Below are positions 16,570-21,954 of a stretch of 21,954 nt of DNA, piece after piece. Under the pieces are notes generated by a model. The model was not told the origin of the DNA. It was given only the letters and a program-made list of their open reading frames with translations, and did no database searches. The position numbers were made by a program, and so were the translations under genes. Source of the stretch: Candidatus Thorarchaeota archaeon (GTDB lineage Archaea > Asgardarchaeota > Thorarchaeia > Thorarchaeales > Thorarchaeaceae); NCBI GenBank assembly GCA_019057475.1, contig DXJO01000047.1, positions 1 to 21,954 on the forward strand. The letters are read 5' to 3'. Position 1 is the first letter of the stretch; each line of letters starts with the position of its first letter.

Positions 16570-17709
16570 CTAGATGCATCTGTGGATGACTTCAGGGCCT
16601 GCCTCATCGAACTCCTTGCGGCTGACCCACATCTTCTGGAAAGTCTTCAGTGAAGCAAGGATGCTTCCACCAATCCAGACTGAGTATTGCCTCTCAGGAG
16701 GAGCAATGATGCGAACCTCGACGTTCTCTGGGACTAGCTCGGTGATCTCCTTGTGGAGCCTCTCCTTGAGTCCTGGGAACATGGTGGAGCCACCTGACAA
16801 CACAATGTTCGCGTACAGGTCACGTCTCAAGTCGACGTCACATGCCTTGATTGAGCCAAAGATGTGTTCGTCGAGTGGCTTCGTGTCCAAGCCAATGGCG
16901 CTCGGGTTGAAGAACAACTCGGGAGCCTGGAAGCGCTCTGCACCAATGGTGATTACATCACCGTCTGGGAGCATGTATGGCTTGTCAACGCCTGCCTTGT
17001 CTGCAACTGTCCTCTCACGTTCAGGGTCGAGGGCAACGTAGCAGAGTTTCTCCTTGATGTCTCGAACAATCTCCTTCTCTGCACCGCTGACAAAGGTGTA
17101 ACCTCTTTGTCTGAGCAATCTGCGCAGATACTCGGTGACGTCGCGGCCTGCAAGATCGATTCTCGCGATGGCATGTGAGATAGCAAAGCCCTCGTAGATT
17201 GGGACTATGTGTGTCACACCATCACCAGAGTCGATGACCAGACCAGTTGTCCGACCTGATGCGTATAGTGATAGCACTGCCTGTGTTGCGACATACACTG
17301 CGGGTACTCCGAAGTTGTCGAACATGACAGATGCCATTCGTTCTCTGTTTTCTCTGGGGTTGAATGGCGCCTCGGTAAGAAGCACTGGGTTCTCGCTGGG
17401 GTCTATCTTGAGATCGTTATAGAATGTGTAACTCCATATCTTCTCGATAGCATCCCAGTCATCGATCACACCATGCTCGATTGGGTATACCAAACGTAGA
17501 ACACCACGCAGGTTGATAGCCTCTTCACCAATGTAGTAATCGCGCGTGTAGTGGTCGACGTCTGTCATAATCGACTCGTATCGCGGATAACCAATTAGTG
17601 TGGGCCAAACACTTCGTGGCTGATCTTCGCCGGCATAACCATTCTTACTGAGACCTGTGCCATTATCAATGACAACAGGTTTCGCGCCAAGAAATTCGTC
17701 TTCAGCCAT
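16570..17709 (-). CDS. Eukaryote-like Asgard actin (Lokiactin-type), 379 aa
   Basis: Motifs [63 protein letters not shown] and [26 protein letters not shown] before ATG 17709. Confidence 0.98.
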   Translation of the reverse strand: MAEDEFLGAKPVVIDNGTGLSKNGYAGEDQPRSVWPTLIGYPRYESIMTDVDHYTRDYYIGEEAINLRGVLRLVYPIEHGVIDDWDAIEKIWSYTFYNDLKIDPSENPVLLTEAPFNPRENRERMASVMFDNFGVPAVYVATQAVLSLYASGRTTGLVIDSGDGVTHIVPIYEGFAISHAIARIDLAGRDVTEYLRRLLRQRGYTFVSGAEKEIVRDIKEKLCYVALDPERERTVADKAGVDKPYMLPDGDVITIGAERFQAPELFFNPSAIGLDTKPLDEHIFGSIKACDVDLRRDLYANIVLSGGSTMFPGLKERLHKEITELVPENVEVRIIAPPERQYSVWIGGSILASLKTFQKMWVSRKEFDEAGPEVIHRCI

Positions 17710-17732
17710 TTTGTCGGTCCTCATTATTGTTT

Positions 17733-17807
17733 ATCTAGAATCTAGATTCCCGCGCAAAGTTATCCGAACTCTGTGCTGGCAGGAATTGCGTTTTTTTTCT
17801 ATTTAAG
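17733..17807 (-). promoter_or_regulatory. Putative actin promoter and structured 5' leader
   Basis: TATA-like CTTAAATA (17807-17800), hairpin GCACAGAGTT[CGGAT]AACTTTGCGC (17776-17752) and palindrome ATCTAGA-A-TCTAGAT (17733-17747). Confidence 0.45.
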
Positions 17808-18070
17808 CCTTGTTTGGTTGGGTTCGAAAAACAGTCCGATTAGTTTGAGAACTATTTATTCTATATAGATAATGTGTTTCATAGTAAAAACGCCCGAAAA
17901 TGCCCAAAACTGCATTGTAGGCTTTCGAGGGCGGAAAGTAGTACATGGGGCGATTTCATAGGACTATCCTGTTTCATCAAAGGATTACAAGATATATCAT
18001 CAGGATAATGCACACATCAACCAATATAATATATATAGGTCATATCGATAAAGGCTCATAGTGAATAGTC

Positions 18071-18880
18071 ATGTTCTGGCCATCTGGTGACGACATCATC
18101 CGCAAAGAGATAGAAGGAGTGCGTGCTCGCAGGATAATTCTAGACCAACTTGAGGGAGGTCCACGAACCGGGAGCGAATTGAGAGAGAGCATCAGAAAGG
18201 ATATGGCTGCGCGGCAAGTCGGCTCAAAAGGCAAGAAGGTAAGCCCAAAGAAAGTCAAGGTCACGGACCCAAAGCTCTACTTCAACACACAACACCTTGA
18301 GGACGCAGGAATCATCCGTAGCTGGAGGGAGTCACAGCAGCGTGTATTCAGTCTTGAACCGAAAGCAGTACACCCCGTTAGAAGAGCACTTGGTATCTCA
18401 AAGCCCAAGGTATTCCTCACGTCGTTGGCACTGCCTGAAGACGCTCGGCTGTTGGTTGCATGGCTTTCTACAGAGGCAAGTCCTGACATCAAGCTCCTCC
18501 GGTTAGTTGTAGAACAACAGCGCTTTGCCAGAGGGGTTTCCAAGAACCTTGAGAAACACATTCCAGACAATGCACCTCGGCAGTGGGAGAACAGATGGCT
18601 TGAACTGCCTATCGAGATTGCGGGGGACAATGAAGGAGGTTTCCGAGGGAATCTCACGTCCACATACACCGAGATAGAGAAGGTAGTTCTGGAAGACATA
18701 CCAGAGGGTGACATTCTTGTGGATCTGTCTTCAGGCCCGCCTACAATCGTGCTTGCATTGAGTCTTCTGGCTATGGAGTACTCACTGCCCGCAATTCATG
18801 TGCAGAGATACGAGGGGGAGAAGACTACAATCACATCAGTCCTGCCCAGGAGGGAAGCAACACGAGTGCAAGCGCCCTAA
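18071..18880 (+). CDS. N-terminal winged-helix regulator fused to a C-terminal CARF-like Rossmann domain
   Basis: RRIILDQLEGGPRTGSEL...LYFNTQHLEDAGII is an ArsR-like wHTH. KVFLTSL and ILVDLSSGPPTIVLALSLLA resemble CARF strand 1 and the D(L/I)(S/T)GG motif. Confidence 0.65.
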   Translation: MFWPSGDDIIRKEIEGVRARRIILDQLEGGPRTGSELRESIRKDMAARQVGSKGKKVSPKKVKVTDPKLYFNTQHLEDAGIIRSWRESQQRVFSLEPKAVHPVRRALGISKPKVFLTSLALPEDARLLVAWLSTEASPDIKLLRLVVEQQRFARGVSKNLEKHIPDNAPRQWENRWLELPIEIAGDNEGGFRGNLTSTYTEIEKVVLEDIPEGDILVDLSSGPPTIVLALSLLAMEYSLPAIHVQRYEGEKTTITSVLPRREATRVQAP

Positions 18881-18930
18881 ATCTCGAACGAGTCCATATT
18901 GAGAAGAAGATAGCTTCACTGCTAACTGAA

Positions 18931-19521
18931 GTGAAGAGGGTTAAGGAGAATGTGCCCTCTCAGAATACACGTCTTCTTGGAAAGATGAAGCGTTGGGTCA
19001 AACAGTTGACCAGCATACTGTCCCTAATAGACCGGGTCAAAGATTCACTAACACCGAAACTCGAGAAAGTTCTGGAAGTGTCCCTACACAAGAACGAGCT
19101 ACTCCTAGTTGCGATGTTCCAGCCAAGCACGAAGAACCTGTTTCTTGAGATGATAGATGAGTTCCCATCCAAGCAGGAAGAACTGAAGCATCTTGTGGCT
19201 CTTAGCGAAATGGCGGAGGCACTGGCACTAGTGGGAGATGCGGCAATCTCATTGGCTGCATTGCACCACGTCTGGCAGCCGAAATCGGTTGATGTGGGCG
19301 TATTGACCCAGAAGAGATCGGACATTGTCAACAACGAACATATGGCTGAACTCTGCGACAACTGGGACCTCTATGAACATCGCATCCACTTCGACCCCCA
19401 CGCTGTGAGCAAGTCAGAGATGGAGCATGACAAGGGTACGCTGCTTGAGGCAATCTACGGAATCGTCTACATTGAACATGGGTTGGAAAAGATCAAAGAA
19501 CTGATTCGTTATCTTGTCTGA
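18931..19521 (+). CDS. Ribonuclease III catalytic-domain protein lacking a dsRBD (start 18931 or 18985)
   Basis: EALALVGDA matches the ERLEFLGD signature. RSDIVNNEHMA and GTLLEAIYG match the second acidic motif. Confidence 0.8.
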   Translation: MKRVKENVPSQNTRLLGKMKRWVKQLTSILSLIDRVKDSLTPKLEKVLEVSLHKNELLLVAMFQPSTKNLFLEMIDEFPSKQEELKHLVALSEMAEALALVGDAAISLAALHHVWQPKSVDVGVLTQKRSDIVNNEHMAELCDNWDLYEHRIHFDPHAVSKSEMEHDKGTLLEAIYGIVYIEHGLEKIKELIRYLV

Positions 19522-19542
19522 TGTGGTTCTGCGAAATACGAC

Positions 19543-21054
19543 CTAGGTCTCGGTCATATCATATTCGTCTTCGCGATACGCCACATGTTCCTTCACGGGA
19601 AAGAGCTGGTCAAACTTCTTGTGTACCTTGACCGCTATCTCTGGGCTTGCATATACTCTGACCGAAGGAATCGTGCTTTCCTGTCGACTCAATGTTTGCA
19701 TCAGGGACTTGCCTTCCTGAGTGTCCTCAAGTTTGACAATATCGAGACCCATCGCCTCACCACCAGCAAGAAGGGGTAATTTCCCCAAGGTGTTAGCTCC
19801 AAACTCAGGATAGACGACATCGATGATAGCAGCCCCAGGTTCTTCATCCAATTCCTCTTCGGCGTCAAGCAGTACCTGTATTTCATCAAGCATCTTCAAG
19901 AACCGGGATTTGGCTTCGTCCTCAAAGAACGCTATTGGTCTTGACAGAACCACCTTGAACAGGCGGCGATACCTAATTCTGGCTGCGTATTCGCGTACGA
20001 ATTCTGTTTCAGACTCAAGAAGCCACCTGTAGAGATCGGCATCAGTCATCCGTGTGAACAACCCAATGCACTCGTTCTCTGAGAGCTTCTCCTCCCTAAT
20101 CCGAAAGTACGTCGCCTTGGAAACCATGGCCTCAGCCAATCGCACTGCATGGTGCAGATACAGGTCGGAGAACATCCAGTTTCGACTCAAGACTAGTGAT
20201 TCCAGAGAGCGGAAAGCCTTGAGCATGTAGCCGCGTATGTATCGACCTTTCTTGTCCTTCACAACTCTATTCGTGAGCATGACACGTTCAGCAGGAAAGA
20301 CGCCCAGCTGTACGCCGCTGAAATGGGCGTCGCGGATGAGGTAGTCTGTCTTGTCTATGTCAAAGGGATTGTCAAGGAATTCCGAGAGCAACGCCAGAAC
20401 TGGGTCCTTTGACCTACGTCTCAGAACATCCACCACTGTTTGTGGCTCAATGTCATTCCGAATCAAAACATCGGTCAATCCGCTATGAAGAATCAATGAT
20501 TCTCCGAGATCAAGATGGTCTAAATCATGGGCTCCCTTCAGGGCAAACTCAATTGTGTGAGAGGTTGGGGGGTGACCCACGTCGTGAAGCAAAGCCGTGA
20601 TTCTGAATATCTTCTGTTGATAGTCATCCAAAAGCCGTGATAGTGGAACGAAGCACACGTGCTCTAGGTCATCGCAGTAGTTCACGACTCGAATCGACTT
20701 CTGAGCAAGGAAGTTCGTGCCTAAGCAATGTTGAAACCTTGTGTGAGTTGCGCCGGGATAGACAATATGAGCCGGACCTAGTTGCATCACAAACCTCAGC
20801 CGGAGCATCTCCCAAGTAGAAATCACGTCAAGTTCCCAAGGCTCCAAAAGAATGGCTCCGTGTACAGGATCTTGAATTGCCTTCTGACGTGTATGTTTCT
20901 CACCCTTCGAAAGCAGAGCTTCGTGATTTGCGACCAGCTGCATTACCCTACTCCAACCTGAGCCTCCAGCTGCCTTCAATGAGGCCAATTCAGCCTCACG
21001 CATTCCTGTGATGCGCACTAATTTGATGAGTTCGATGTTGGAGTCATTTGACAC
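19543..21054 (-). CDS. HD-domain phosphohydrolase, SAMHD1/dNTP triphosphohydrolase-like
   Basis: Motifs DPVHG, RLR...QLG, YPGATHTRFQHCLG, ALLHDVGH.P.SH and DIDKTDYLIRD. Confidence 0.92.
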   Translation of the reverse strand: MSNDSNIELIKLVRITGMREAELASLKAAGGSGWSRVMQLVANHEALLSKGEKHTRQKAIQDPVHGAILLEPWELDVISTWEMLRLRFVMQLGPAHIVYPGATHTRFQHCLGTNFLAQKSIRVVNYCDDLEHVCFVPLSRLLDDYQQKIFRITALLHDVGHPPTSHTIEFALKGAHDLDHLDLGESLILHSGLTDVLIRNDIEPQTVVDVLRRRSKDPVLALLSEFLDNPFDIDKTDYLIRDAHFSGVQLGVFPAERVMLTNRVVKDKKGRYIRGYMLKAFRSLESLVLSRNWMFSDLYLHHAVRLAEAMVSKATYFRIREEKLSENECIGLFTRMTDADLYRWLLESETEFVREYAARIRYRRLFKVVLSRPIAFFEDEAKSRFLKMLDEIQVLLDAEEELDEEPGAAIIDVVYPEFGANTLGKLPLLAGGEAMGLDIVKLEDTQEGKSLMQTLSRQESTIPSVRVYASPEIAVKVHKKFDQLFPVKEHVAYREDEYDMTET

Positions 21055-21136
21055 TTGGATCCGCCCCTAGGCGGTTTCTGGTTAAGCCGCTATTTAAGCG
21101 ATGGCTAGGGCGTAGCCTGCGGCGAGCGTTGCTGAC

Positions 21137-21688
21137 CTACAGGTCATCATGTGCTCCTAACAGCTTCACTCTCTCACGGACGCGGTTGTATTCTAATGTG
21201 CTCCCAGTTTTCATGGCACGACAGTATCTATCGGGGTTGCAGTATCCCCAGTTACGCATGGCTCTACACGATGGGGCGCTTCTCGCCTTGTAGAAGGGCG
21301 CATCTATCAAGTTCGCCTTTACAAGGAACTTGGTCACGTTCTTGATACTCTTCTTCGCGAATGCAAGTCTGATGCAGGGCGGCGACCGCTCCACGGTCTT
21401 CCAGCGAATCATCTTGAAGAGATCGTACCAGAGCAGACATTTCTTTGCCATGTAGAGAAAGTCGCACTTGGGGCAAAGACCATTGTAGATGGAGATTTGA
21501 CAGATATTATCTCTGCTCTCCTGATCCAACCCCGGATATCGTAGGAGATGGAATTTGATCTGGGCGAAACGTTCCGGGGTGAACGAACCAAACTCTTGGA
21601 TGAATGCATGTAGTTCTCCTGCTACCTCTTCTGCTGGGGCATTCCAATTCTTCGGCTCTAGAACAGGTGGATGGTCTTGCTTCCGCAT
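21137..21688 (-). CDS. Protein with a primase large-subunit C-terminal Fe-S-like Cys motif set (start uncertain)
   Basis: PPCI and PSCRAMRNWGYCNPDRYC match the PriL/p58C pattern PPC...PSC..M...G.C....C. Extra CPKC. CTTAAG 33 nt before ATG 21688. Confidence 0.6.
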   Translation of the reverse strand: MRKQDHPPVLEPKNWNAPAEEVAGELHAFIQEFGSFTPERFAQIKFHLLRYPGLDQESRDNICQISIYNGLCPKCDFLYMAKKCLLWYDLFKMIRWKTVERSPPCIRLAFAKKSIKNVTKFLVKANLIDAPFYKARSAPSCRAMRNWGYCNPDRYCRAMKTGSTLEYNRVRERVKLLGAHDDL

Positions 21689-21954
21689 AGATGCTTCGGA
21701 CAATTGTTTGACAGAGCACTTCTTAAGTTCACCACTCGACACGATTGGCTTCATTAGTGAGCGGTTCGATATTCTCTTAGCTGTCCACTGGAACAACTCT
21801 TAAATTGGTCAAGCTAAGTTCAAACAGCCCAATCACTGCAATGTAAAGAGGACTCCATAGAATGCCCAAGCTCGAGATAATCGCAGAGATTCCATTCAAG
21901 GAGGTCATCACTGGTTTAGAACTCACAGACCTCACTGGCGATGGCAAAGATAGC

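Noticed and set aside
3428-21803. Numerous short antisense or overlapping ORFs in the track (e.g. 3839-4321, 12417-12824, 16574-17041, 18277-18714)
   Set aside because: They are shadows of well-supported genes and have no motifs of their own.
21797-21954. Gene at the right window edge
   Set aside because: Too little sequence, with no recognisable ORF or RNA motif.

Overview
This window reads as an Asgard archaeal chromosome segment, most likely Thorarchaeota. That call is inferred from a eukaryote-like actin, a two-domain gelsolin, and archaeal TATA/SD signals. Positions ~1-3037 look like one end of an integrated mobile element. It carries an intact tyrosine integrase, two orphan ORFs and ~860 bp of non-coding DNA with 11-bp tandem repeats, TATAAG repeats and two tandem ~90-nt units whose differences preserve base pairing (candidate structured ncRNAs or ssDNA recombination sites). 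Positions 3038-21954 hold host genes: TrmB regulator, RdgB, LLM oxidoreductase, M20 peptidase, Fpg (apparent CTG start), gelsolin, a degenerate MCM paralog behind an orphan beta-class DNA methyltransferase, a 4Fe-4S protein, three GNATs, a Zn-ribbon/Pro-rich/coiled-coil protein, actin, a wHTH-CARF-like regulator followed by an RNase III-domain gene, a SAMHD1-like HD hydrolase and a PriL-C-terminal-like protein. A decayed copy of the last 15 actin codons plus terminator lies 2015 bp downstream of actin, suggesting insertion at the actin 3' end. All calls come from reading motifs by eye; no searches were run.
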